From an uncultured virus (IMG/VR IMGVR_UViG_3300025325_000017) (Duplodnaviria; Heunggongvirae; Uroviricota; Caudoviricetes), in IMG/VR virus record IMGVR_UViG_3300025325_000017: a DNA stretch of 64,000 bases. One strand, 5' to 3'. The translations under genes and the position numbers were made by a program. Numbering within the stretch: the first letter of the stretch is position 1; each line of letters begins with the position of its first letter. Positions 30,503 through 38,904 of the stretch are shown here, in pieces. Below the pieces are notes generated by a model. The model saw nothing but the letters and a program-made list of their open reading frames with translations, was not told the DNA's origin and did not search any database.

Positions 30503-31156
30503 TTAAAATCTCCATCCCAGCACGATCACATTCGTTTGCCCTACCCCCGCCATGTAGCCGTTACCCCCAAAACGTCCACCGATGTCGGTAATGTAGGTAT
30601 ATAATCCAAATGATAGATTTTCTCTCCGCGCACCTACGCCTACCATCCATCCAAAGCCATGCAGCGTCTCATCGTATGTGTATCCATCGTCTTTCCACAG
30701 GGCGAAAGACTGTCTGAATCTACCCGCGCCAAGCTCCACGAAGGCATGCTGGCCGAATACGCGCGAGATCAGAAAGGCGCGCATGGAGCCAGTGGTGTGA
30801 TAAAAATCAATGGGCCCCGGGCAACTCTGCCCGCCTCCGGCAAGAATACAATCCTCGTTTTGAGAAGCGTAGCCGGCAAGCGAATAGACACCCAAATCGG
30901 CATACGAAAGTCTCCAACCATCGTGATCCAATCCGATTCTGAACATTGAGGGCTTCATGTTCCAATCCACCCCATAATCCGCGCATTCCTGATGCCACAA
31001 CCCGCATGGAGGCTTTTCGTATTTCGATTGCCCGATTTCGATGAAAGGCGTGGCGGCGCAGGCGTCCTTGACAAACAAAAATGCCGCCAGGATCAACGTC
31101 AACACGATCCAAAATGCGGTATAGGATTTGATTAACAATTTTGTATCTTCATCCAT
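30503..31156 (-). CDS. Outer-membrane beta-barrel-like exported protein
   Basis: Signal-like N-terminus; alternating beta strands; ends VLGWRF. Confidence 0.55.
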   Translation of the reverse strand: MDEDTKLLIKSYTAFWIVLTLILAAFLFVKDACAATPFIEIGQSKYEKPPCGLWHQECADYGVDWNMKPSMFRIGLDHDGWRLSYADLGVYSLAGYASQNEDCILAGGGQSCPGPIDFYHTTGSMRAFLISRVFGQHAFVELGAGRFRQSFALWKDDGYTYDETLHGFGWMVGVGARRENLSFGLYTYITDIGGRFGGNGYMAGVGQTNVIVLGWRF

Positions 31157-31165
31157 TTCAGTCTC

Positions 31166-31465
31166 CTACGGTCGGTTATAAGCGCGCAATACACCTTTTG
31201 CTTCATCTCGTTCGGCGACATATTCCAACAATAGACCAAGCCAAGCTCTTAGCGGCCAGTCGGGGTTGTATGTACGAAAATCTTCCAAACTTTTATACCC
31301 CGTTGCTTCCAGATATTGCGTTTCTGTTACCCGGAAACGTCTCAGCCAGCGCCTCATGTTTTCATTCGTGGGCTCCGTCCTCCAGTTAGGCAACCTGACG
31401 TAAAAACGCCTTGCAAGACTTACCCATGTCTCGTTGTCAACAAATTGGTTTCGTAGCGTGTCCAT
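31166..31465 (-). CDS. Hypothetical protein
   Basis: ORF in the leftward operon. Confidence 0.5.
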   Translation of the reverse strand: MDTLRNQFVDNETWVSLARRFYVRLPNWRTEPTNENMRRWLRRFRVTETQYLEATGYKSLEDFRTYNPDWPLRAWLGLLLEYVAERDEAKGVLRAYNRP

Positions 31466-31658
31466 TCTCAAGTAGGGGTGCTGAACGCTGTAACTATGGC
31501 ACTTAGGCTTAGTCGAGTCAAGTTTTAGGCTAACCTGATCTTGCCCGACGCTAGTTGCCTCAGGCGCAATCGCCTGACACGCGCAAGCGGTAGCCACATG
31601 ATGCGCGCGCATAATTTACGTCCTCGCGCGCGAACTACGATTTTGACGGCGTTGGGGT

Positions 31659-32432
31659 TCATGTTTTCTCCAGATATTTTTTGTCCAGTTGCCAGTAAGC
31701 AAGTAGTAATCGGAACTTTTCAAATCCAGTATCGAGTAACGATTGGTCCCATTCGTGGACACGGGTCAGGCCGGGGTTATTGACTGAAATAAATATATTT
31801 ATTCCCCTGGCGTCGAGTGGCATTCCAAGCCCCGCACGATAAGCGGCCAATTGCATGCATTGTTCCGGCCAAGCAAGGTTATCGCTGGTTTCGGAAAATT
31901 CCTTGGTTTTGAAATCAATCACCATCTTGTCGTTATGCAAATCCACCTTCCCCCCGTAACCCAAGGGCGAAGCAAACGATCTTTCGCTATGCCATCCATC
32001 GCCTAATTTTTTCAGTTCCTCCAATACGGCGGTAACAAATTTTTCATGGGCAGGGTTAAAATCCTTGTGTTGCAAAGCACGATCTATCGAGCCATGAATT
32101 GCAGACCCTTCCTCGGCTCTTTTTCGTGACTGTTCCTTGGCGTCCCGCGTGACTCGAACCGCGAAATCATCCAATGTTTCGTCCGGATTCATAGGAAGCG
32201 TCAAGGCCGCCAAAATCGCCTGCCGCAGTTTCCATTTTTCTAAGCCCGGCTTGGACAGAAGAGAAATAATCATCGTCACGCTGGGGAACAACCCCAAACG
32301 GCGGGCATCGCGTAGCGTAGTCGGGCGCTCCGGTTTATCCCCAACACGGATTGTGTACATCGGAGAGCCGTCAGGCATATACCAGTGGCCCGATTCAACG
32401 GCAAATTCCTTCTTGAGTTCGTTCATGGTCAA
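31659..32432 (-). CDS. PD-(D/E)XK exonuclease-like protein
   Basis: PSVT, GSAIH, GGKVDL..IDFKT, QLAAY. Confidence 0.85.
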   Translation of the reverse strand: MTMNELKKEFAVESGHWYMPDGSPMYTIRVGDKPERPTTLRDARRLGLFPSVTMIISLLSKPGLEKWKLRQAILAALTLPMNPDETLDDFAVRVTRDAKEQSRKRAEEGSAIHGSIDRALQHKDFNPAHEKFVTAVLEELKKLGDGWHSERSFASPLGYGGKVDLHNDKMVIDFKTKEFSETSDNLAWPEQCMQLAAYRAGLGMPLDARGINIFISVNNPGLTRVHEWDQSLLDTGFEKFRLLLAYWQLDKKYLEKT

Positions 32433-32815
32433 AATGGAATTCCGTCATCGAACGGGAGCGGTTCTTTATTCTGTTCCGGTTGCTGTTGTGTGCCGGGTCG
32501 CGGCGCGCGGCAACGAATACCGCCCACGAGCTTGCCGCCGAAAGACACGTTATCGTCTTCGTAGATAACAATCTTTTTGCCCTTCCATTCGTCTGTTTCT
32601 TCGGTATCGAGAGCCTTAGCAATAAGCTGGATATTGGTCCAGTTCAGGACCATGCCCTTCGAGAACTCATGAAAGTGGATGACCCACTTCATTTCCGGCG
32701 GCTGATCCTCCATCGCAACGTTGGCCTGCTCGATGTCGGCAATGGTCACCAGTTTGCCGGTACCAACGTCTTCTTTTTTCAGGTACTTCGATTCGCGCAT
32801 CGTGCCAATTTTCAT
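32429..32815 (-). CDS. Single-stranded DNA-binding-like protein
   Basis: SKYLK...LNWTN...GGIR; acidic FDDGIPF tail. Confidence 0.7.
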   Translation of the reverse strand: MKIGTMRESKYLKKEDVGTGKLVTIADIEQANVAMEDQPPEMKWVIHFHEFSKGMVLNWTNIQLIAKALDTEETDEWKGKKIVIYEDDNVSFGGKLVGGIRCRAPRPGTQQQPEQNKEPLPFDDGIPF

Positions 32816-33033
32816 TTCGTGCTCCTTTTTCAGTTTGGGTTTAAGTGCGTCTCAAGTTCAATCTTCGTCAGTTCACAATCTCCTCATAATTGATTCCACA
32901 CTCGAAACATAAATGTTTAAATTCCTCAGTCACCCCGGAATGTTTGATCGCAGCATAGACTTTACGCAAACATTCAAAGGTATAATGTTCCCGTTCTTCA
33001 AGATCGCGCCGTTGTTCCTCGTTCCAATCCGTT

Positions 33034-33345
33034 TCACCCATCATTTCTTTCATCTGCGACCTCCTTTTCTGCTTGTCGAAAAGCATAATCCGCCAAGTAG
33101 TCCTTGACGAGCCCAACCAACAGCGCGCCGACGTAAGCATTATCTATTTTGAGACTGTCGGCGATTTCAGACATCTCTTTTCTGTCGCGGCCATAAGCCC
33201 AGGTAACTGCCTGAGAGACGATGTAAGCGTCAATGTGTCGCAGATTCAGTGCATAGATTTCATCCGCGCGGCCGGTAATGTCCTGTCGGTTCTCAGATTC
33301 CACGTCATAGATCGGATGTGCTTCCATAAGATTCTCCTTGTTCAA
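33034..33345 (-). CDS. Hypothetical protein
   Basis: ORF with an AAGGAG SD near the start. Confidence 0.5.
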   Translation of the reverse strand: MNKENLMEAHPIYDVESENRQDITGRADEIYALNLRHIDAYIVSQAVTWAYGRDRKEMSEIADSLKIDNAYVGALLVGLVKDYLADYAFRQAEKEVADERNDG

Positions 33346-33472
33346 AGATTCTCGCCACCCTCCGACGAGACACCCAATAAGGGCGGAGCTTCGGGAAGAC
33401 CCCAGGAACGCTGCTCATCACGTCGAATTTTAGTCGCCTCCGAGACAACTCATAGTACCGTTCGTCGGCTGA

Positions 33473-34033
33473 TTATTGCCGTTCATCATGCGGAATTCTG
33501 TCTAATACACTGTTAGGAGGCTCAAGAATGAATGCAGCAACGTGTCGCCCCGTTCCATTGCCCTTGGATCCGTCCTCCGTAGCCAACCATTTCACATCCC
33601 CAAGGTTCCGAACCTCGGCCCCTGCCGCCAAGAGCATCAATACCCATTTGTCAATCGGGTACACCAAAACCACCCGCTTGCCCTTGCTGTTTTCCTGAAT
33701 CGCTTTCCTTGCCCATGCTGTTGGACCCTTCTTCTTGCCTTCGTGCAAAATTGATCCAAATGGGGGGTTCACATAGTTCGAGGATCCCCACTCGCAAGTG
33801 AGTCCGTCAAACTCCTCTGGCTTCGGGTAAGGGCAAGGGTCAAAGTCAAAAGCAAACTCTGCCTGTAGGGGTGCCAGAACTTCTGGTGGGGTCAGCCAAT
33901 AGTGTTTACCGTCGTCGCCGTTACCCTGGTGGAACTTGTTGTCGTGAGGGTGCAAGCGCCTCCTAACAACGTGCTCCACCTGACCGGCTACGTCGGCGGA
34001 CCTTGCTGTCTCTATGGTTTCGTCTGGCTTCAT
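33473..34033 (-). CDS. Phage Dam-type DNA N6-adenine methyltransferase (cassette-borne)
   Basis: WLTPPE, FDFDPCP, YVNPPF. Confidence 0.8.
   Translation of the reverse strand: MKPDETIETARSADVAGQVEHVVRRRLHPHDNKFHQGNGDDGKHYWLTPPEVLAPLQAEFAFDFDPCPYPKPEEFDGLTCEWGSSNYVNPPFGSILHEGKKKGPTAWARKAIQENSKGKRVVLVYPIDKWVLMLLAAGAEVRNLGDVKWLATEDGSKGNGTGRHVAAFILEPPNSVLDRIPHDERQ
33490..33518 (+). other. attI-like site 2
   Basis: GCGGAATTCT-GTCTAAT-ACACT-GTTAGGA. Confidence 0.7.
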
Positions 34034-34081
34034 TGTTTCTCGTGCTCTTTGTCCGCCGTCAGGTGAGCTTGGCCGTTAGCC
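33961..34081 (+). other. attC-like site (121 bp)
   Basis: TCCTAAC..GCTC(C)ACCTGAC(C)GG / CCGTCAGGTGAGC..GTTAGCC. Confidence 0.85.
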
Positions 34082-34320
34082 GTCAACTTCCGCAAGCACT
34101 TCCGGCAAGTGATTTCTGTTCCTATGTGCGACGACCATCCGGCGCTTCTGCGCCCTGGCTTAGCCCCGCACATTGCCGCCCAGTGCCCATTATGGATCGC
34201 ATGCCAAAGCGCACCGCTATCTCGCTCTGCACCGTTCGCACATCGTCCTGACAATCTCATGGCTAACACGTCGCTGGAGCCGACGGTTTTGTCAGCGGAC
34301 TCCTGTTTGTCATTTTGCAT
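34030..34320 (-). CDS. Cassette-borne small Cys/His protein
   Basis: H..C..CxxC; start and stop both lie inside attC loops. Confidence 0.65.
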   Translation of the reverse strand: MQNDKQESADKTVGSSDVLAMRLSGRCANGAERDSGALWHAIHNGHWAAMCGAKPGRRSAGWSSHIGTEITCRKCLRKLTANGQAHLTADKEHEKQ

Positions 34321-34343
34321 CGCGGCTCACCTCTGCGTTATAC
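34261..34343 (+). other. attC-like site (83 bp)
   Basis: GGCTAAC..GCTG(G)AGCCG(A)CG / CGCGGCTCACC..GTTATAC. Confidence 0.8.
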
Positions 34344-34592
34344 CGCTTCATATCTCTTGATCCGAAATTTATCCTGTGGGTTCCTGTTGCTCCATTCTTT
34401 CTTCCTGGCTTTTGCTGAGGGCCAATCAAGTGCAATACCTACGGTAGGCCCCCACCCCGTATACCAGCCTTTCTCGCCACGAACATCGGCATATAACTCA
34501 ACTATAAACACTCGTGGGAGTTCTCGGTATAACACCGCCTTTGAGGCGGACTGGCCTCGGCGGCGCTTAGTTGCTTTCTTTGGCTTGGTCAT
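34338..34592 (-). CDS. Cassette-borne hypothetical protein
   Basis: Paralog of 28107..28370. Confidence 0.7.
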   Translation of the reverse strand: MTKPKKATKRRRGQSASKAVLYRELPRVFIVELYADVRGEKGWYTGWGPTVGIALDWPSAKARKKEWSNRNPQDKFRIKRYEAV

Positions 34593-34646
34593 TTCTCAGT
34601 CTCCTTTGTTTCTTTCCCCGGCCAGCCGCTCAAGGCGGCGTTAGAT
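34527..34646 (+). other. attC-like site (120 bp)
   Basis: GTATAAC..TTGA(G)GCGG(A)CTGGCC / GGCCAGCCGCTCAA..GTTAGAT. Confidence 0.8.
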
Positions 34647-34852
34647 GGCAAGAACCCCATCTGTTCCGGTATTCCTACGCAGGTCAGTAATCTCACGGCG
34701 CCGTCGCGCCACATAACAAAATAAAAATCATCTTGTCCATGGAGCAATCCGATGAAAATATGCTCTTTGCCTTCTTCATCGAGATACTTGTTCCCTATCA
34801 GGGGGTCGTATTCCTCAACCAGTTTTGTCCAATTGTCATTTGCGTATGTCAT
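34589..34852 (-). CDS. Cassette-borne hypothetical protein
   Basis: Reads through the R box into the attC arm. Confidence 0.65.
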   Translation of the reverse strand: MTYANDNWTKLVEEYDPLIGNKYLDEEGKEHIFIGLLHGQDDFYFVMWRDGAVRLLTCVGIPEQMGFLPSNAALSGWPGKETKETEK

Positions 34853-34888
34853 CTGACATCACCTTGAACCGGACGCGGATTACGCCGC
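34851..34888 (+). other. Degenerate attC (R'' AAC>GAC, right arm lost)
   Basis: GTCATCTGAC matches 8/10 of the complement of cassette start GTTAGATGGC; then TTGAACCGGACGCGG..CCGC. Confidence 0.5.
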
Positions 34889-34997
34889 CTCTCGAATAAT
34901 CTCGCCCACATATTCCTGTTCGTTTTCATCGAAAACGTAAATTTTATGAAAGTCGTCCTCGCAGCAGCTATAGACTATGCGATAAATCGGGCTGACT

Positions 34998-35204
34998 TCA
35001 GCCTGATACACGTCGCGCTCGTCGTATTGGTGAAGATACATCGTTTTTCCTGATTCCGAGTCTTTGTCTAGCGCCCATAATCCGATCGGTCTGAGATTGC
35101 GGGAGTATGTTGGGCCACATGTAAATAGCGTGTCGTCCTACCCCGAGTGCGGCGGCTAGGGCTTTAACCGAGCCAAACAGGGCTATTGCTTGCTGTTTTG
35201 TCAT
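34998..35204 (-). CDS. Cro-like HTH regulator
   Basis: AIALFGSVKALAAALGV..AIYMW. Confidence 0.8.
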   Translation of the reverse strand: MTKQQAIALFGSVKALAAALGVGRHAIYMWPNILPQSQTDRIMGARQRLGIRKNDVSSPIRRARRVSG

Positions 35205-35210
35205 AAGCCG

Positions 35211-35239
35211 AAGATAAGCGCAATTACACCTATTGTCAA
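35211..35239 (-). promoter_or_regulatory. sigma70 promoter for a leaderless cro-like mRNA
   Basis: TTGACA-17-TATCTT, 6 nt before the ATG, no SD. Confidence 0.65.
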
Positions 35240-35328
35240 ATGTTTTACTTATTCGGAATGTCCTAGTTTAAGGTAGTGATTGTCGTGGGTATGATGTTTC
35301 CGAATGGGAATTGCTATCCTACCAGCCC

Positions 35329-35976
35329 ATGGCTTACCAAAGCGCTGTCTTTCGTAAGGGCAAATACCGCCAGAAAAGTGTGCGGGCGAGAATTCTGGCC
35401 TTCTTTCTAGATAACCTAGGGAGGGTGGCATTGCGGGAGCAGATACAGGAGGCTGCGCGAGATCCCAAGACCGGGAAAATTCCAGAAAACTGGCACCAGC
35501 GACTATCAGAACTGCGCACCGACCATGGCTACACGATCCTGTCGCAGCGAAACCGCGGCGACCTTAAGGTCATGGAATACCTAATGCTAAATGCCGATAA
35601 GCGGCCGAAGGCGAGGGGCCGCATTCAGCCGACTTCGGCGACGTGGAGGGCAGTCCTACTCAGGGCGGGCGGCGCGTGCGAGTGGAGGGACCATGGCGCC
35701 GTGCCGTGTGGCCTCGCGGACGGGGCCATTGATCCAATCGGAGGTGGCACCGTCAAGCTCACGCCAGACCACCTTACGCCACACGAAATTGACCCCGATT
35801 CGGACCCTACCGAGCCGGGCCACTGGCAAGCTCTTTGTGGGCGCCACCAAGTAATCAAGAAAAACTTCTGGGATGACCGCAGCGGTAACCTGAATGTCTA
35901 CGCCATCATTCAGGCTGCGTCAGAAGTTGATAAGCAGAAGGTTTACGAGTTTTTGAAGACTTACTTCGGAGACTAA
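35329..35976 (+). CDS. HNH type II restriction endonuclease, R.KpnI-like
   Basis: PENWHQRLSELRTD, IDPIGGGTVKLTPDH, WQALCGRHQV.KKN match R.KpnI as recalled. Confidence 0.8.
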   Translation: MAYQSAVFRKGKYRQKSVRARILAFFLDNLGRVALREQIQEAARDPKTGKIPENWHQRLSELRTDHGYTILSQRNRGDLKVMEYLMLNADKRPKARGRIQPTSATWRAVLLRAGGACEWRDHGAVPCGLADGAIDPIGGGTVKLTPDHLTPHEIDPDSDPTEPGHWQALCGRHQVIKKNFWDDRSGNLNVYAIIQAASEVDKQKVYEFLKTYFGD

Positions 35977-36691
35977 CGCGAGTCGTATTGAGGCGCTTTT
36001 CGGTAATTTTCGTATAGTCTTCGGAGAGGTCCGAAAGGATCGCGTTGCGGCGGAGCGCCTTACAAGCGGCGCCGGTCGTGCCAGCCCCGCACATCGGGTC
36101 TAACACCGTGTCGCCCTCTACCGTCGTCATGAGGATGAGTGGCTCAATGGTCTTAATGGGTTTTTGTGAAGGATGGCCTGTTTGCTCAGCCCGCCCCACG
36201 AAGCCGATATTAAGTGGGACATTGAAAACACTTGGCGGGCCAGGCATGTAGCGGAGGGTCCCTGCCTTTTTTCGATCAAGTTGGGCCTCATTGAGAAAGT
36301 GCTCCGGATAGATACGCGCGCCAGTCTTCCCAAAGTGTAGGCAGGTATTTTGCGCTGATCTCCAGCCTTGAATAACTGACGGACAGTTCGGATAGTACCA
36401 TGTCAACCATGCCTTAAGATCGAAGCCTGGCGGGAGCCGATCAGCTTGTCGGTAGACGATCTCTGGGAAACCCCAGATGAATACATGTTCTGAAATGTCG
36501 GCGGCGGCGTGAATGAGTTTTGAAAGCCAGTCGTCGTAATCCGGTCTGGCACCACCGACGCCCTTGTTATACCAAGGGTCGAGGATCGTCGTCGTCACGC
36601 GCCTGCCGATAGTTGTAAGTGTTTCCAGCGCATCGGCTGGCGGGAGGATTTTGACCGAAGCGACGGCTCGGCGGTTAGGTGGCTTAGCCAT
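35906..36691 (-). CDS. Beta-class N6/N4 DNA methyltransferase
   Basis: DPWY, HPSQKP, VLDPMCGAGTT; convergent with the endonuclease. Confidence 0.88.
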   Translation of the reverse strand: MAKPPNRRAVASVKILPPADALETLTTIGRRVTTTILDPWYNKGVGGARPDYDDWLSKLIHAAADISEHVFIWGFPEIVYRQADRLPPGFDLKAWLTWYYPNCPSVIQGWRSAQNTCLHFGKTGARIYPEHFLNEAQLDRKKAGTLRYMPGPPSVFNVPLNIGFVGRAEQTGHPSQKPIKTIEPLILMTTVEGDTVLDPMCGAGTTGAACKALRRNAILSDLSEDYTKITEKRLNTTRVSLRSKSSKTRKPSAYQLLTQPE

Positions 36692-37598
36692 TGCGGTCCT
36701 CAGTATCTTCCAATGCGAGCGGAATCGTTTCATTTTTTTTTGGGAGCGCACGTTGCAATAATCGGTAAAAGTGTTCCCATGTTGCGCTTGCCCGCATAAG
36801 CGCAATAGTTGCATGTAGGTGTTGCGCTAGAGCCGGGTGTCCAACATCCTGAGTTAGCCACTGATGATGTTTTGCTGGACGATTACCTGTCTCGTTTTTC
36901 GGGTTACGGGATTTAAGCTCTTTTAGAATGCCTGGTGCTAATCGTTCGTAAACAATATCATTGGTGTAACGCCCGACTACACTAGGGCGGTTTATTTTCA
37001 TCCCCTGCCACTGCCAATTTTTGAGCCTGAAAATCTGCTCATAAAATTCATCAGGGAATTGGCGCGCCCAAGCCGCTAGTTCTTTCCTAAGATAGCGGTT
37101 AAGGATTGCCTCAAGTGCTCTCCTGTCCCGTATCTCTTGATAGCCGGTTGCCTCATCAACCAATGCAATAATTCCGACATGGGCGAAGCCGCGAATGAGC
37201 AAGTTCGCCATATCCGCAAAGCGCTTTTGATTGGTACGAAGTACACCGGCCTTTTCAGCATCGAGGATGACTTCGCAAATCTGTGGAAGTAGCTTCGCGT
37301 CGTAACCGAAGGCTGTGCGCCCCCCGTGTTTTGCGCGATAAGGAATTGGAGAGTTCAGGCGCACCATTAACTCATTGGAAATAAAAGAACTTATGCTTTT
37401 CGACGCCAAAAATGACGGGATATTGGGCGCGCCGATTCCGGATGATTCTGGGGTGCCAGTTCTACGTGAACCAATAGCTTTGCTAACGCCGCGTGTGGAC
37501 AAAACACGGGTGCCATCCTCAAGAACAGCGCATGGAATAACACGTCCCGCAACCTTAAGGTCACCATCATGTGTGGCTCGCAGGATTTTAGCATTCAT
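36684..37598 (-). CDS. P63C domain protein
   Basis: IPCAVLEDGTRV, GIIALVDEATGYQ, KHHQWLT. Confidence 0.88.
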   Translation of the reverse strand: MNAKILRATHDGDLKVAGRVIPCAVLEDGTRVLSTRGVSKAIGSRRTGTPESSGIGAPNIPSFLASKSISSFISNELMVRLNSPIPYRAKHGGRTAFGYDAKLLPQICEVILDAEKAGVLRTNQKRFADMANLLIRGFAHVGIIALVDEATGYQEIRDRRALEAILNRYLRKELAAWARQFPDEFYEQIFRLKNWQWQGMKINRPSVVGRYTNDIVYERLAPGILKELKSRNPKNETGNRPAKHHQWLTQDVGHPALAQHLHATIALMRASATWEHFYRLLQRALPKKNETIPLALEDTEDRNG

Positions 37599-38482
37599 AT
37601 GCTTGCTCCTACTGCGCGAGCAATTGTCAGGCCGAAGAGATCAGCGGTTGTGCGGTGATTGAACCGGTAGCAAAACTCATTCAGGTATTGCGGGAGGTGG
37701 CGCACGCTGACCTTGTGGTACTGGCCGACGATCCCACGCTTGAGAAGCGCCCAAAACGACTCAATGCCGTTAGTGTGAATATCGCCATTCACATACCAAA
37801 GCTGGTGATTGATGGTCTTATGTGGCATGAAGTATTTGATGCCAAGATAGCCTTTGTATTCGTCAGTAATGAGCACGGCATTTTGAACATCTACATGTTC
37901 GCGTACTAATGCGGAGAGGGATTTCGCCTTAAGCTTATCCTTACGAACAACCCTTGCTTTTACGTTCCCACCGCGCTGGATCATTCCGACAACCGGGGTT
38001 TTCCTGGTGCCGCGTCCGCGCTTCGGCGCTCCGCCGCCACCGCCTTTGCGGGGCTTGCCGCCGACATAGGTTTCGTCCATTTCGACTACACCTTGGAGTA
38101 GTTGACGTTGCGCGCCTTCGGCCATTGCTTTACGTATCTGCATACCCATGCGCCAAGCCGTACTCTTATTAACTTCGAGATCGCGGGCAAGTTGACGAGC
38201 GGAAATGCCTTTCTTGGCATTCAGGATTAACGAAACTGCAAGGAACCATTTTTGAAGCGGTAAGTGCGTATGATGAAAGATAGTTCGTATGGTCACGCTA
38301 AAAGTGGTCTTACAGGCATTGCAGTGGTGCCGTTGTTCTTTCGGCATTGGCGTGGAATTACCGACCACGCTACAATATGGACAAAATGGCTTACCCTGCC
38401 AGCGCACAGTCTCAAGATGGGCGATGCAATCCGCCTCGGTCGGGAACAGTTTATAGACTTGGATGATGTTCATTGTCTGCAC
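37595..38482 (-). CDS. IS1595-family transposase
   Basis: Zn ribbon; VEMDETYVGG; TDEY; HTNGIESFW; YLNEFCYRFN. Confidence 0.95.
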   Translation of the reverse strand: MQTMNIIQVYKLFPTEADCIAHLETVRWQGKPFCPYCSVVGNSTPMPKEQRHHCNACKTTFSVTIRTIFHHTHLPLQKWFLAVSLILNAKKGISARQLARDLEVNKSTAWRMGMQIRKAMAEGAQRQLLQGVVEMDETYVGGKPRKGGGGGAPKRGRGTRKTPVVGMIQRGGNVKARVVRKDKLKAKSLSALVREHVDVQNAVLITDEYKGYLGIKYFMPHKTINHQLWYVNGDIHTNGIESFWALLKRGIVGQYHKVSVRHLPQYLNEFCYRFNHRTTADLFGLTIARAVGASI

Positions 38483-38508
38483 CTTTCATCACTACCATTA
38501 CAGCAGAC

Positions 38509-38537
38509 AGTATAAACCCTTTGTTTCTGTTTGTCAA
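38509..38537 (-). promoter_or_regulatory. Promoter of the transposase-P63C-MTase operon
   Basis: TTGACA-17-TATACT abutting the TIR. Confidence 0.65.
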
Positions 38538-38571
38538 CTACCTTAAACTAGGACATTCCGAATTAGTTTAC

Positions 38572-38689
38572 CATTAACGCAGAGCGCGGCCACAGGAGGA
38601 AAAGATGAGCACCGCTGACGAAGATCATGCTTGCCAAGCGACTCCGCACTCTGAGTTGATGGCGCAGTTGCTGGAGCGCAGTGTTAGAA
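38572..38689 (-). other. attC-like site, inverted, with imperfect L boxes
   Basis: Minus strand TTCTAAC-ACTGC-GCTC(C)AGC ... GCCGCGC-TCTGC-GTTAATG. Confidence 0.6.
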
Positions 38690-38700
38690 CTGGAGGATGA

Positions 38701-38904
38701 ATGAGATTGAAAATGACTATAGACGAATGTATGGCCTTTGCGGACGAGTGGAGCCGTGGCATGACACTGCATGAAGATTCACAAGGTTGGCGGGTGGTTT
38801 GCATGTTACTGGCCGAGGAAGTGAAAACCCTGCGAAAAGGCGAATACATTTGCCGGAAATGTGGGCTACGCAAAGATGACGAACATGAGCGTGGTGAGTT
38901 CTAA
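38701..38904 (+). CDS. Cassette-borne small Zn-ribbon protein
   Basis: CRKCG; TAA stop in the R box of attI-like site 3. Confidence 0.65.
   Translation: MRLKMTIDECMAFADEWSRGMTLHEDSQGWRVVCMLLAEEVKTLRKGEYICRKCGLRKDDEHERGEF

Larger units (their letters stand above)
35251..38563 (-). mobile_element. IS1595-family transposon with passenger genes (R-M system, P63C)
   Basis: Perfect 27-bp inverted repeat ATTCGGAATGTCCTAGTTTAAGGTAGT at 35251-35277 / 38537-38563; exact ends uncertain by about 4 bp; no TSD seen. Confidence 0.9.

Noticed and set aside
31170..31495. Possible cassette from GTTATAAG to GCTGTAAC
   Set aside because: Poor core complementarity and no attC hairpin
35243..35254. Target-site duplication for the large IS1595 element
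   Set aside because: Left and right flanks do not match as direct repeats for the end positions tried
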